A stretch of DNA of 64,000 nt. It comes from the human T2T-CHM13v2.0 reference genome, Homo sapiens. How positions within the stretch are numbered: position 1 is the stretch's first letter; each line of letters starts with the position of its first letter. The notes under the pieces were generated by a model. That model made no database searches. It had not been told where the DNA came from and was given only the letters and a program-made list of their open reading frames with translations. A program made the translations under genes and the position numbers. Where the stretch lies: the NCBI RefSeq assembly GCF_009914755.1, contig NC_060928.1; one strand, given 5' to 3'. Positions 28,725-41,929 of the stretch are shown piece by piece.

Positions 28725-31657
28725 TTAGAAAGGGTATTATAGCCAAATAATTGGAAAGCTGCTGTTAGATAACTCAAACCCACATTAAGTGAGTAAATTG
28801 AAAAGAGTTCAAAATTTAGAGCTTAAAGGTTTTCTGCCCACATAAAACTCCATTGGAAATGCTTGCATTGGTCATCCCAATAAATGTCTTTGCATTTCAG
28901 AAACAGTCAGTCCTGGGTTCTTCCCTTGGGAGCAATTTTGTTGCCTTCTTTCAATGAATATATTGACTATGCTCTCATTACAATATAGAAAACTGTTTTT
29001 CTCTAGATCTAAAAAAAAAATTAAAACAAACAAAAATCAAAAATGAAAACCACTGCAAGAAAAAAATATCTTCAGCTTTCTGAAATTATGAATGATATTT
29101 AATTAAGGTCACTGGAGATGGTTCCATCAGAACATCTTTTGCCACTTCATGTTCCAACTCTCCTCTGTGGTCTTTTCTTGCAATACAGCCATGTTTCATT
29201 TATGACTCGTGATTTCCTGCCACTTAGGAAAACTTTGACCATACTAACAAATGCTTTTCTGTCCAACAGAGATTTCACAATGTTCTCTGTGTATCTCAAT
29301 TAGGTTTCATCTTAATACTTAAGTTTACTCTTGCTTGACTCACTTGAGGCTAGAAAATCTACTACAAATGATAATTTCTGACTTCTTTACAGTTTTCTGA
29401 ATTACCTTGGGGTCATTCTAATAATTGGGATTTGGATTCATTAAGGTCATGGTTAACCCAATAACTTAAAAGCCCAAATAGGTGAACAGTAATAGCTTCT
29501 TACTGCTAATGTGGCCAAAACAAGGCCCAAATAATTGGTAATTAGGGCACAAAAAAGGTTTTTTCACTTGAAAAGCTTTATTTATATGAATCTAAGTATC
29601 CTCATCAAGCTCTACTCCTTCAATTTTTATTGCTTTATCTACAATAATATTCAAAATACATTTCCAAGGAATACCTATGTTTTATTATTCAACAAAGGAC
29701 AGTCCAATCAGGGTCAGATCAGAGAATATGATATATCGTATAATAGAAAGCAAATGAAAGTTTTCTAATAGAAGAATCTGAAAAGTTGCTGGCAATGAAG
29801 CCAGGCAGTGTGTGAGCAAGAATGTTCAAGGAAATATTTTATTTTTATTTATGTTGGCTATGAAATAAATATTGCATAGTTGAATCAGTGGATTTTATGT
29901 GTCAGGCACTATATCCTGCTGCACCCAATCACTGCAGAGCTGTCAAAAGCAAAGTGTGCATTTGAAGAGGCCACCCTCTCTGAAAGGAAAGAGAGAAAAA
30001 CCAGGAGGGTTGACAAAATGCATTCTGATGAGTGTCTCTCCCTCTCTTTTTAAAGCTATTTGAGTTTATTCCAATTTTAGCAAACGTGAACTCTGAATGA
30101 AAAGTAGCTTGAAGGCAACAGCTTCTAAAGGATGTAGAGAAAGAAGACGGAAGACTTGCATTTTTCTAAGCAGATGACATTTCACAAATGTAATGTATGT
30201 CCAAAGAATATAAGATAGAATGGTTCAATTACAGATTAGACACTCCCTCCCCCTACTCAATAACAAAATGTATAGAATGTGATGAGATGGGCATTTTATA
30301 TTGTGGGCATCTGGTCACCGACCTAAATGTTACTGCCACATCAGTGTGAATGAGCATCAGGAACAGGCAAATGAGAATGCCCAGAAACTGCAAATGTCAG
30401 GAAAGCACAGGCAGGAAAGCAACAATCACTCAGCACATGCCCCTATATGGAATTTGATTTGAATTACCTGGCAGAAGGATGGCTTATGATAAGGCCAGGG
30501 AAGGCAGAGTACACAGACCTGAGATTTGGGCTAGGTTGTTAAAAATGCTTTCTTGGGAGGGTCTCTTTGTATTCCTAGTTCCCTCTGCCTCATTTCTGAG
30601 ATTCAGAGCTCTGGAGACTGAAACATTGGCTTTTGGTTGTTTATTAATTGCCATATATGTTTACCGCTGTTATGTGACTCAAAAGCCTTAAGTTATGAAT
30701 AATTAAAACTTTACCTTCCATGGGCATAAGCTATAATACAATAATGACAGTCTCTTCAGAATATCCTTAAATATTGTATAGATACTGAAATTACACTCAC
30801 TTCTCTCACACAAACATTCTCACTAACTTACTCAGCTCCTTCAGTTTTAATCACCTTAGTTGTTGCTAAATGCTATTTAAAAACTTATCACTGATTTCTG
30901 TGTTCTAAAGAATCTCTTTGTACACTGTAATAAAATAGGGATAATACTATATAATTAAACTTGTATTACTTGCGTACCTTTGATAATATAATAATGTCAT
31001 AATAATGGATATTCTCTTTCATCTAGTTGATATCAGATAAATGCCTTATCTTAGATGGGCTAACTAAATAATTTTGAGAGCTGAAAGTTTTCACAATGGG
31101 GCAATAATATTTCCCTTTGCCCAGTATTCAGGCACATCAGAGCTTCCCAGGTCTAATCAAGCATTCATGTATTTTCTATTTCCTGTACCTCAGCTCACTC
31201 ATGGCCTCAGCTAGGTGAAAGGAGTGAATTTCTAATGGTGAAATTATAGGCATTTTGACAGGCCAATGGAGAGATATTTTGAGGGTGGAGAGATATTTTG
31301 AGGTTAGAGAGATTCCCAGAATCGTTCAAATTTAAATGACAACAAACAGTAGGCTTTAATTTCTTCAGTCCAGGTTTTAGCAGGATTCTTGTCAGTCACA
31401 GAACACCTGCCCTATATAAAATATTTCTCACATACTAATTCTCTGTCTGACACTTGACAGTTTTTATGAAGAAAGATGGGAAGCTGAGTATTTTCTCTGT
31501 AGGACAAAAATTTGATTCATAGCAATTTAGTTATGTAGAATGAAATTTTATGTGACAAAACTGTTCTTTCTTATGGATTTTTATTGTACAGAAATTTTGC
31601 ATGCACCTCAATTTGTGCCAGTTTCTTAATTTTCATAAAGGAGGTGTTTGTTATTCA

Positions 31658-31790
31658 GTTTTGTTTTGTTTTTTAAAGACAGGGTCTCTCTCTGTCACTC
31701 AGGCTGGTCTCAAACTCCTGGCCTCAAGTGATTCTCTCACCTCGGCTTCTCAAAGTGCGGGAATTATAGGCGTGAGCTATCACGCCCTGA
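31658..31790 (-). mobile_element. Free left Alu monomer (FLAM_C-like)
   Basis: agacagggtctc...caggctggtctcaaactcctggcctcaagtga...ggcgtgagct; single monomer. Confidence 0.85.
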
Positions 31791-32483
31791 TATTTAGTCA
31801 CTTAAGCATATTTGAGTAGGCTTTTAAGAGAAATCCATGAGTATAGACTATTGTTGAAAACTGCTATAACCAATTTTAATGTTCTCTGTGTAGAAAAATG
31901 GGGAAGACAAGAATCTAAATCACTAGGAACATACCATTTGCATTTCTTATGCCCTGCATTCTAGCCAAGTGTAAATAAAGCCCATATCTCTCTTGTATCT
32001 CTTGGGGCCACTTTGTGGTAGGATTTTTCTTTCCTTAGTTAACTTCAGGTATTTTTTTTTCTCTCATGAAATGGTTCTTGCTACTGGGAAATCTGTAGAT
32101 TAGCTACATTCTCTCCAAATAGGTTTGAATCTACAAGTTGCCAAGTTGGAAATAATTAACTACTAAAAACTGGAGTAAGAACCCTTAGGATTGTGTAACT
32201 GCAACAGTTTCATTGATTTGCTGAGTCAGTATCTTATTATACAAAAATGAAGAAAGTAAATATGACCCTTTTAGATACTGTAAAGGTAATAAAATATTAA
32301 TACAAACAATACCTTTAAGTTCTAGAATAGAACAGAATAAATATGTGAGATAATCCTATAAACATTTTTTAACCGTGCTTTTATGCTTTAATTTTTGTCA
32401 CTTGAAAGGATAAGGACACTAAGACACTTATTGGAGAGAGAAGACTAAATTCTGTGTAATATAATGCTTTAAAAGTAAAAACA

Positions 32484-32775
32484 GGCCAGGCGCGGTGGGT
32501 CACGCCTATAAATCCGAGCACTTTGGGAGGCCAACATGGACAGATCACCTGAGGTCAGGAGTTTGTGACCAGCCTGGCCAACATGGTGAAACCCTGTCTC
32601 TACTAAAAATACAAAAATTAGTTGGGTATGGTGGCAAGCGCCTATATTCCCAACTACTCCAGAGGCTGAGGTAGGAGAATTATTTGAACCTGGGAGGTGG
32701 AGGTTGCAGTAAGCCAAGATCACCCCACTTCACTCCAGCCTGAGTGACAAAGCAAGACTCTGCCTCAAAAAAAAA
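32484..32775 (+). mobile_element. AluSx-like
   Basis: ggccaggcgcggtgg...gatcacctgaggtcaggag...A tail. Confidence 0.96.
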
Positions 32776-32779
32776 GCAA

Positions 32780-33835
32780 CATTATTAAGGTATAACTGAT
32801 ATCCAATATTTAAAGTGTATAGTCTGAACAATTGCGTCCATGATTCACCAAATTTGTCCCATGACCCCACTTCCTAACCTCTCCTCCATCCCCCAGACAA
32901 CTGGTCTGCTTATGTCATTGTATTTTTGCATACATTTTCTAGATTTCATACTAAATGGAATCATTCAATTTCTACTTATTTTTGGAGAAGGGGAAGTCTT
33001 CCTTCTTTCACCCAGAATAATTATTTGAAAAATTTATCTATGTTGCTATGAGTATCAATAGTTCATTTCTTTTTACTCCTGTGTAGTATTCCTTGGTCTA
33101 AATATGCCTTGGTTTGGTTATCTATTCACCTGTTGATGGACATGAGGGTTGTGTCTAATTTTAGTTCACCAAAAGTAAGGCTGCTGTGAACATTTGTGTG
33201 CAAGTCTTTATATGGACATCTGTTTTTCTTTTTCTTGAATAAATACTTAGAAATGGAATAGGTATATCTTTGATGTTTTTGAAGAAACATCAAAACATAT
33301 TATAGAGTGAAAGTTTGTTCTCCTCCAAAGTCCATATATTGAAGCTTGAATCTCCAATGGATTCATAGATGATGCCTTTGGGAGGTAATTAGGTAATTAC
33401 AGTCGAGCCTTCATAAATGGGATTAGTGCCCATACAAGGCAATAAGGAGCCTAGAGCTCTCTCCTTCCACTACGTGAAGATATAATAGGAAAGTGACTGT
33501 CTGCTACCCAGAAGAGGGCTTTCACATGGACCCAACCATGCTAGACCCTGATCTTGGACTTTTGGCCTCTAGATCTGTGAAAAATAATTTTTTTTATAGC
33601 CCCCTAGTCTACGGTACTTTGTTATAGCAGCTCAAAGTGACCAAGACACTAACACATCGTTTTCCAAATTGGTAGTACCATTTTACATTCCCACCTGCAA
33701 ATTCAAAGAATTGCAGGGGCTTCACATCCTCACCAACACATTGTATGGTAAGTCTTGTTAAAATTTTAGCCATTTGAATAGCTGTGAAGTGGCATCTCAT
33801 TGTAGTTTTAGTGTGTAGTTTTAATTTCCTTATGT
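32780..33835 (-). mobile_element. L1ME/MD 3' end split by an MLT1 LTR
   Basis: tctattcacctgttgatggacat, ctgctgtgaacattt; resumes as ttttccaaattggtagtaccattttacattcccacc. Confidence 0.8.
33298..33648 (+). mobile_element. MLT1A/B- or MSTC/D-type solo LTR
   Basis: gcctttgggaggtaattagg...gatcttggacttttggcctctaga...ttgttatagcagctcaaagtgaccaagaca. Confidence 0.85.
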
Positions 33836-34121
33836 TAATTTGTCTAGAAGCTGAAACTTTGGGTGATGAATAACAGGAAGGAAAACTGTCTAGTTTCTCA
33901 GGATCTCCATCACCACAGGAAACTCAAAGTGGAAAAAATTATTTATGTTCTCCTTATTCTCTCTACATCTTAATCACATTTATTTATTCATTATTCACCA
34001 TTATAATAATTTCACACAATATTTGGGAGAGCTACATAAAAAGAATAAGTATTAATAACTTTTCACCTTGTCATATTTACTATTCACACTTTGGTCCTAT
34101 TTTCTCCATCATAATAAAATT

Positions 34122-34330
34122 GCGAACATTTATTAAAGACTCACAATGACCCAGGCTTAAAGTATATAGACTCATACAGCTCACAGAAATTTTTTCAACA
34201 ATTTTATAATATCATTTTATTCCATTACGTAAATTTTAAAAAGAAGAGACTAGAGAAGGCTCATAACATTATGCTAGCAACTAGCAAAGCCCAGACTTGT
34301 TTCAATATATTTCTGACTCCAAAGAGTATT
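34122..34330 (-). mobile_element. MIR
   Basis: aacatttatt...ccattacgtaa...tctgactccaaag. Confidence 0.6.
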
Positions 34331-36200
34331 CTTTCAGCTTCTTCAAGACAGTCTCTTGAGTTAGGTTGCTAAAATAGTCTGATTAAAAAGGAAAAACAAT
34401 ATAACTGAGTTTTAAAGGTATTGAAAGAATGTCTTCATTGAAGGTAAGGAAACCAACTTACCAAGTAGACTTAGACAAATGGGTTGAACAGACTCAGAAT
34501 AACCAGCATGGCATACTGATTCAAGGTTCCAGAGACACAGCTCTTATACCCTCCTATAGAACAGCTTGGTTGAATTATTTAATTTCTCTAATTTCATTTA
34601 CCATCTCAGATGGTACATTTCTCAGAAGAGACTGTTTTAGAAGAACTCTAAGAAAAACTACACTTCTAAAATGTTTAACTCTACTTCAGATGGAAAAGCA
34701 GTGAAATGGGTTGAATGACCTTTAAATTCTCAGCTCTCAGTGTCATTTGATGCTGACAGAGATAAATCACAGGAGTATATTAGAAGATTATCTGACTGGT
34801 CAAAATATGGCAGAAGTACATTGGATCTGCAAGTGTCAGGTCTATTTAGAGAAAAGGACCGATTTTGCTGAAGCAAGCAATATTCACCACACTGAAAAAT
34901 CTTATTTTTGTTTATTGTAGCTATAGGCAATAAAATAAGGCTATATATGTTCTAGAAAAAAGTCAATTAAGGAGTTAGAGATACTATATGTATTTTTATT
35001 GAAAAAATTTAAAAATATTCTTAAAGTTCAAAAATAAAAATTGAGAATTTCTATAAGTTGAAAATTAATTAAAAGTATAGATACAGGAAAGAAAGCTTGT
35101 TCCCTAAATCCTTAGAGTTTAGAACAAAATGTTGATTTTAGGACAAATAAAAATAAGCTCTTTTTTCTACTATAGACTACAATGTAAAAGGCTCATTATC
35201 TCTTTATGTAGTATAAAATAAATAGAACATCCTAATATGCTCAAGAGGATTTGTGAGAGAGTTGGACATTTTGGACCAATGTAAAGATTACTTAGCCAAC
35301 ATTTCTGAATGTTGCAATGAACACTACACAATAGCTCAAGTTTTCCTCAGAATCATAGTTGTCAGCAGTATAAAGACCTTTATATATTGTTAGTTCAAAT
35401 TTCTCATTTTAAACTTGAAGAAATTTAGTCTTTAAGATGTGCATAAAGTTCGTCACACTGTGAAAGACAGCCAGCATTTCAACAAAACAATTCTTATGGA
35501 TACTCTCAGGCATAGAATGAGTTGTGTGACTTTTATATGGTACCTAGCTTCTCTAAGAATCAATTTTTTTTTCATGTGCAAACTGAAACTAATAATATGT
35601 ATAAATAGAATTTGGGAGATAATTTAAATGACTTACCATATTTCATCAAATCTAATACATTATTCTAATAGTCACTTTTATTTTTTGTATGACTAAATAA
35701 TAAAAATAAACTAATTTTCTTTTAGAGTATTTATTTTTAACATATGTAAAAAATTTGACTTATTTCACTATTTAAATGAAAATATAAAAAATACATTGGT
35801 GTATGTGTTACCAAAACTTACCATATTCACAGCCTTACTTTTTAAAGTTGCTTTTAAACTAAAACTGTCACTGTCAATATTGTTTCTCTTTTTCCCTTTA
35901 ATTGTAATATTATTCTCTGCTGTCAAAAGCATGGGTGTGGCAGCACTTCTTAAGAGAGTGCTCTACTCTTATCTCTGGGATTTTCTCCCACAATGTTAAC
36001 ACTCATTCTGTAAGTGTTGATTCTAGTAATTTTCTATTTATCTAAACACAAAATTTTACTTTGTTTTCTCATTTAAATCGCAATGCTGGAAATGTAGCAA
36101 CTTATGTTTAAAGTCAATAAAGTTTCTGACCCATTGAGGCTCAATATCTTTTTTTAACTTTTATTATTTAGGTTTGCGGGTATATGTGAGGGTTTGTTAC

Positions 36201-37228
36201 TGTAGGGAAAAGAAAGAGAGATCAGACTGTTACTGTGTCTATGTAGAAAGGGAAGACATAAGAGACTCCATTTTGAAAAAGACCTGTACTTTAAATAATT
36301 GCTTTGCTGAGATGTTGTTAATTTGTAGCTTTGCCCTAGCCACTTTGACCCAGCCACTTTGACGCAACCTGGAGCTCACAAAAACATGTGTTGTATGAAA
36401 TCAAGGCTTAAGGGATCTAGGGCTGTGCAGGACGTGCCTTGTGAACAAAATGTTTACAAGTAGTATACTTGGTAAAAGTCATCGCCATTCTCTAGTCTCA
36501 ATAAACCAGGGGCACAATGCACTGCGGAAAGCCGCAGGGACCTCTGCCCTTGAAAGCGGGGTATTGTCCAAGGTTTCTCCCCATGTGATAGTCTGAAATA
36601 TGGCCTCGTGGGATGGGAAAGTCCTGACCGTCCCCCAGCCTGACACCCGTAAAGGGTCTGTGCTGAGGTGGATTAGTCAAAGAGGAAAGCCTCTTGCAGT
36701 TGAGATAGAGGAAGGCCACTGTCTCCTGCCTGCCCCTGGGAACTGAATGTCTCGGTATAAAACACGATTGTACATTTGTTCAATTCTGAGATGAGAGAAA
36801 AACCACCCTATGATGGGAGGCAAGACATGTTTACAGCAATGCTGCTTTGTTATTCTTTACTCCACTGAGATGTTTGGGTGGAGAGAAACATAAATCTGGC
36901 TTACGTGCACGTCCAGTCATAGTACCTTCCCTTGAACTTAATTATGACATAGACTCTTTTGCTCACATGTTTGTTGCTGACCTTCTCCTTATTATGACCC
37001 TGCCCGCCTACTACATTCCTTTTTACTGAAATAATGAAGATAATAATCAATAAAAATTGAGGGAATTCAGACGGGTGCCGGTGCAGGTCCTTGGTAGGCT
37101 GAGCGCTGGTCCCATGGGCCCACTGTTGTTTCTCTATACTTTGTCTCTGTGTCTTCTTTCTTTTCTCAGTCTCTCATCCCACCCGACTAGAAATACCCAC
37201 AGGTGTGGAGGGGTAGGCCACCCCTTCA
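36201..37228 (+). mobile_element. HERV-K(HML-2) solo LTR, LTR5A-like, 1028 bp
   Basis: tgtagggaaaagaaagagagatcagactgttactgtgtc...ggccaccccttca; no PBS follows; L1 3' UTR resumes immediately. Confidence 0.95.
36756..37054 (+). promoter_or_regulatory. LTR5 TATA-like box (TATAAAA, 36756-36762) and polyadenylation signal (AATAAA, 37049-37054)
   Basis: Motifs read directly at positions expected in HML-2 LTRs; activity unknown. Confidence 0.6.
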
Positions 37229-40200
37229 GTGTACGTAGGTAAACATGTGTCACGAGGGTTTGTTGTACATATCATTTCCTCACCCAGGTATTAAGCCCAG
37301 TACCCAACAGTTATCTTTTCTGTTTCTCTCCCTCTTCCCACTCTCCCCACTCAAGGAGACCTCAATGTCTGTTGTTTTCTTCTTTGTGTTTATTAGTTCT
37401 TATCATTTAGCTTCCAATTATAAGTAAGAACATGTGGTATTTGGTTTTCTATTCCTGCATTAGTTTGCTAAGGATAACAGCCTCCAGCTCCATACATGTT
37501 TCCAAAAAAGACATTATCTTGCTCTTTTTTATGTCTGCATAGCATTCCGTGGTGTACATGTACCACATTTTCTTTGTCTAATCTGTCATTTATGGGCTTT
37601 AGGTTGATTGCATGTCTTTGCTACTGTGAATGGTGCTGCAATGAACATTTGCATACATTTGTCACTAGGGTAGGATGATTTATATTCCTCTGTGTGTACG
37701 GCCAGTAATGGGATTGCTGTGTTGAATGGCAAACTACCAACAACATTCTTCACAGAACTAGAAAAAAACTTTCTAAATTCATATGAAACCAAACAAGAAC
37801 CTGAATAGCCAAGGCAATCCTAACCAAAACAAACAAACAAACAAACAGACAAACAAACAAAGCCAGAGGCACCACGTTACCCAACTTCAAACTATACTAC
37901 GAGGCTACAGTAACCAAGACAGCATAGTACTGGTATTAAAAGAGGCACATAGACCAACAGAACAGAATAGAAAGCCCAGATACAAGGCTTCACAACTATG
38001 ATAAAGCTGACAAAAACAAATAATGGGGAAAAGAGTTCTTATTCAATAAATGGTGCTGGGATAACTGGTTAGCCATATGCAGAAGACTGAAGCTGGATCC
38101 CTTCGTTACACCATACACAAACATCAACTCAAGACATATTAAAGACTTAGTAAAACCCCAGACTATAAAAGCCCCAGAAGACAACCTAGGCAATACCATC
38201 CTGGACATAGGAACGGGCGAATATTTCATGATAAAGACACCAAAAGCAATTACAGCAAAAGCAAAAATTGACAAGTGGGATCTAATTAAGCTTAAGAGCT
38301 TCTGCACAGCAAAAGAAACTATCGACAGAGTATAAAACAACCTTCACTACAGGATAAAATGTTTGCAAGCTATGCATCTGACAAAGGTCTAATATCCAGC
38401 ATCTATAAAGAACTTAAACAAATTTACAAGAGAAAAACAACCCCATTAAAAAGTGGGCAAAGGAAATGAACAGGTATTTCTCAAAAGAAGACATACATGT
38501 GGCCAACAAACATATGAAAAAAGCTCAATATCACTGATTATTAGAGAAATGCGAATCAAAACCACAATGAGATGCCATCTCACACCAGTTAAAATGGCTA
38601 TTACTAAAAAGTCAAAAAATAACAGACGCTGGTGAGGTTGTGGAGAAAAGGGGACAATTATACACTCTTGGTGGGAGTATAAATTAGTTCAGCCATTGTG
38701 GAAAGCAGTGTAGCAATTCCTCAAAGAGCTAAAAGATGCTCAATGTCTTAATATGCTCTTTCTCTGTGGAAAAATCAATCATATCTGTCCCTGGTTTCTT
38801 CCAAGTTTCTTTCTGATATTTTAAGAGAACTAGTAGTACTCCTGACTTTAGTTATAGGGCTTTTTTCATGATAAGTAATCCTTTCTCACATAGCACAGAA
38901 ACAATATATGAAAGAGAATATTGCAATCATGGGTATCTTCTCTTTGATTCTGAGAGAATTTGTTGTAGCTTTTCAAGAAAATACGGAATTGTGATCATAT
39001 CTCTGATGAATTTTGCTTCATTATCAAATTGAGGTTCCAGGTTTAACTGCACACATTGTTTTGTTTCTGTGTCATTTTACATATGTAATGCCTTTCAATA
39101 ACTCAACACAATGCAACATTTTGAATTCACTTTAAACACCAATTAAGCTTAACTTGCATAATACCAATGGATTTACATGAGAAAAATATTAAGCAGTAAT
39201 GGCAAATTTTGCACAAGTTCAGGTGATGTAAAATGGATAATAATTCGTCTTGCATATAATGACTGCAAGATGTCATCTGTTTTAAGAAGAATCTATTTCA
39301 GTAGGTATTAAAATACACAAATATGACCATTTGAAAATTAACAAAATGTAGTATATTAAACATTTAACAACGTCTGGCTTATCAAAGTTTAATACATGAT
39401 AGACTTTCCTGTCATTATTATTTTGTTATTAATATTATTGTCTAACGAGATATTTTGACATTCTCATTTTTCCAACAGTGCACAGCTTACTCCTAAGACA
39501 ATGATATTACGGACTAAATGGACATAACTTTTGTTGAAAATGTAGATACCCTATATCTTTCCTGTCTTAATAAATCAGATCTTGATTATTCCCAGAATTA
39601 AACTCTCTCCATACTTATTATACACAAAATAATTTATTGCTCCCTCAGGATATTTACAGGATCCAAAGATTATATTATCTGGTCACAGAATCATTTATAA
39701 ACACATTTTTAGATGAAGAATATACTCATTTTGACCCAGTGATTAAAGAATTTTTTATCCATTTGTGAGTTTTGAAATATTAATGATGGCAAAGCTTCTT
39801 ATTGTTTAATCAATTTTAGATCCTATGATTTTAATGATCTTGCATGTTTTCAAATACCTGAAGAGTCAAGCATAGTTTCAACATCCATAACCACTGAAGT
39901 TACTTAACATGAAACCATTTCTCCCTCATATATCTTCTCTGTAAATTTTCATTTATTTTAGCGGGCCAAATATTAATTTAGAGGGATATGTATTAGACAT
40001 GTGATGCACATAGATAACTGTGAAATAGTTATTTATTTTATTGCCTATGTAGGCCAGAAGGGAAGAAAACATGACCCAATTATAAGAGTGCATAGGCATC
40101 AACACTTTATAACAATAAACTTACAAAAAAATATGGCTCATAAGGTCTAAAAGGAAAGCCTACTGATTTTGAAAATAGTGATCACATAGGTAGGTAGCAT

Positions 40201-40584
40201 ATGTTCGGTTAATCTGGAAATTAATCTTGAAAGATATGGCTTTGTGGGTGAAGTCATAGTTCATGAGTTCTCAAGAGTAAGTTTTGCTACATAGAAAAAC
40301 CAATGAGTGATACATCTGCAAATTAAATAAATAGATAAATAAATAAATCATTTTGAAATATTTAGATCCTTAACAAACTAAATCTATAGGTCACGGTTTT
40401 TCACTTTCTCCTTTTGACATAACTGCTGTCACTATTATTATACCTGTTTTGTCCACTGGGAAAGCTATTCTCCACCTTTTTCATGAGCTGTAAAATCATG
40501 TTTTCCTATCATTATTCAATATTTTGTTTAAGGCTTTTTTCTTTTCCAAATGAACTCTACATATTTTTATTCAATTTCAAGGTA

Positions 40585-41190
40585 GATCCTTAAGAGTTAA
40601 AAAGCTTAGACTCTGAACTCAGAGAGCAGAAAGGACCACTTCTCCCCATAAAAAGTTATTTAATCTTGATCAAGTCACTACACCTTTGATATAGTTAGGC
40701 TTTGTGTACCCAACCACATCTCATCTTGAATTGTAATCCCCATAATCTCCATGTGTCAAGGAAGAGACCAGGTGGAGGTAATTGAATCATGGGAACAGTT
40801 TCCTCCATGCTGTTCGCCTGACGGTGAGTGAGTTCTTACAAGATCTGATGGTTTATAAGGGGCTCTTCCCCCCTTCACTTGGCAATTCTCCTTCAACCTT
40901 GTGAAAAAGGTAAAAGGTGCCTGGCTTCTTCTTTACTTTCCACCATGATTGTAAGTTTCCTGAGGCCTCCCCAGCCATGCCAAACTGTGGGTCAATTAAA
41001 CCTCTTTCCTTTAAAAATTACCCAATCTCAGGCAGTTCTTTATAGCAGTATGAAACTGGACTGATACAACCTTCAACAGCCTCTGTATGTTCACCTAAAA
41101 ATAGTTTCTACCTTAAGGGGCTGTTGGAATGATTAAGTAAAGAATGTGCACAAATGAATCTGGCACACAATAAGCATTCAATTATGCTTT
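40585..41190 (+). mobile_element. MIR split by THE1
   Basis: gttaaaaagcttagactctg...cttgatcaagtcact | cctctgt...tctggcacacaataagcattcaat. Confidence 0.75.
40687..41068 (+). mobile_element. THE1 (THE1C/D-like) solo LTR with perfect 5-bp TSD
   Basis: tgatatagttaggc...ggactgataca; TSD ACCTT at 40682-40686 and 41069-41073. Confidence 0.95.
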
Positions 41191-41277
41191 TTAAATTTTT
41201 ATTTTATTTTTCAATTAATTACACATTTTTAAATATTTCTATAACTTCCATTAAATCCCATTTTTACCTAACAGGCT

Positions 41278-41920
41278 ATGTAGTTGACTATATTATTGGC
41301 CCAAAGCCTTTACTCCTCTGTGAACAAAGGTCCTTAACCATGTGACTTTAATTTCTCAATTAAAGTGGTAAAATAGATTTCCGAGCTCCTACCTATAGGT
41401 TCAGCCATGTGACTCTTGGTCAATAGAAATGAAGGGAAGTGTGTCTTAACAAATCTTGCATATTTTTCCTTGCTGTATTAGGACTGTAATAGTTAGCTTT
41501 AAAAATGCATGGAGGCATACTAATACTATGTGTAGGATATACTTATGCTAATTTATTCATTGTTTACCTGAAATTCAACAAAATATTTATGAATAATGGG
41601 AAAACATGGTTTTAGAGCTTGTTAAAAAGGTGGTAAACAGCTTTCCCAGTGGACAAAACAGGTATAATGATAGTGAGGGTAGCTATGTCAAAAGGAGAAA
41701 GTGAAAAACTGTCAGCTATAGGTTTAGTGTGTCAAAGATCTAAATATTTCAAAACGATTTATCTATCTGCATTTTATTTGGCAATATTATCTATTATGCC
41801 TCTGCCATTTTTATGAGAACATACCAGATAGCACTCTGGTCCTGAGAAGAAGATGAGAAACAGGTAGAACACAGGTTCCCCAGCTGAACTGCAGCATGAG
41901 AAATGCCAAAACAAACACAC
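41278..41920 (+). mobile_element. Old MLT1 (G/H-like) LTR interrupted by about 300 bp that includes a MER53-like half
   Basis: tgtagttgactatattattggccc...cagccatgtgactcttggtcaatagaa; resumes cctctgccat...gagaacata. Confidence 0.6.
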
Positions 41921-41929
41921 CCATGATTA

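Larger units (their letters stand above)
36151..38734 (-). mobile_element. L1PA13-16-like insertion with 5' inversion (3' end antisense 36151-37729; inverted piece sense 37730-38734) and 15-bp TSD
   Basis: TSD gaggctcaatatctt (36136-36150) / gatgctcaatgtctt (38735-38749); strand switch at gttgaatgg|caaactacc. Confidence 0.93.

Noticed and set aside
34380-34450. Good splice donor (AG|GTAAGG at ~34443) suggesting an exon
   Set aside because: There is no convincing acceptor or coding signal upstream, and such motifs are common by chance.
41609-41619. GTTTTAGAGCT, identical to the start of the SpCas9 repeat/sgRNA scaffold
   Set aside because: It is a single 11-mer that diverges immediately, with no array, spacer or cas gene. 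It is compatible with chance in AT-rich eukaryotic DNA.
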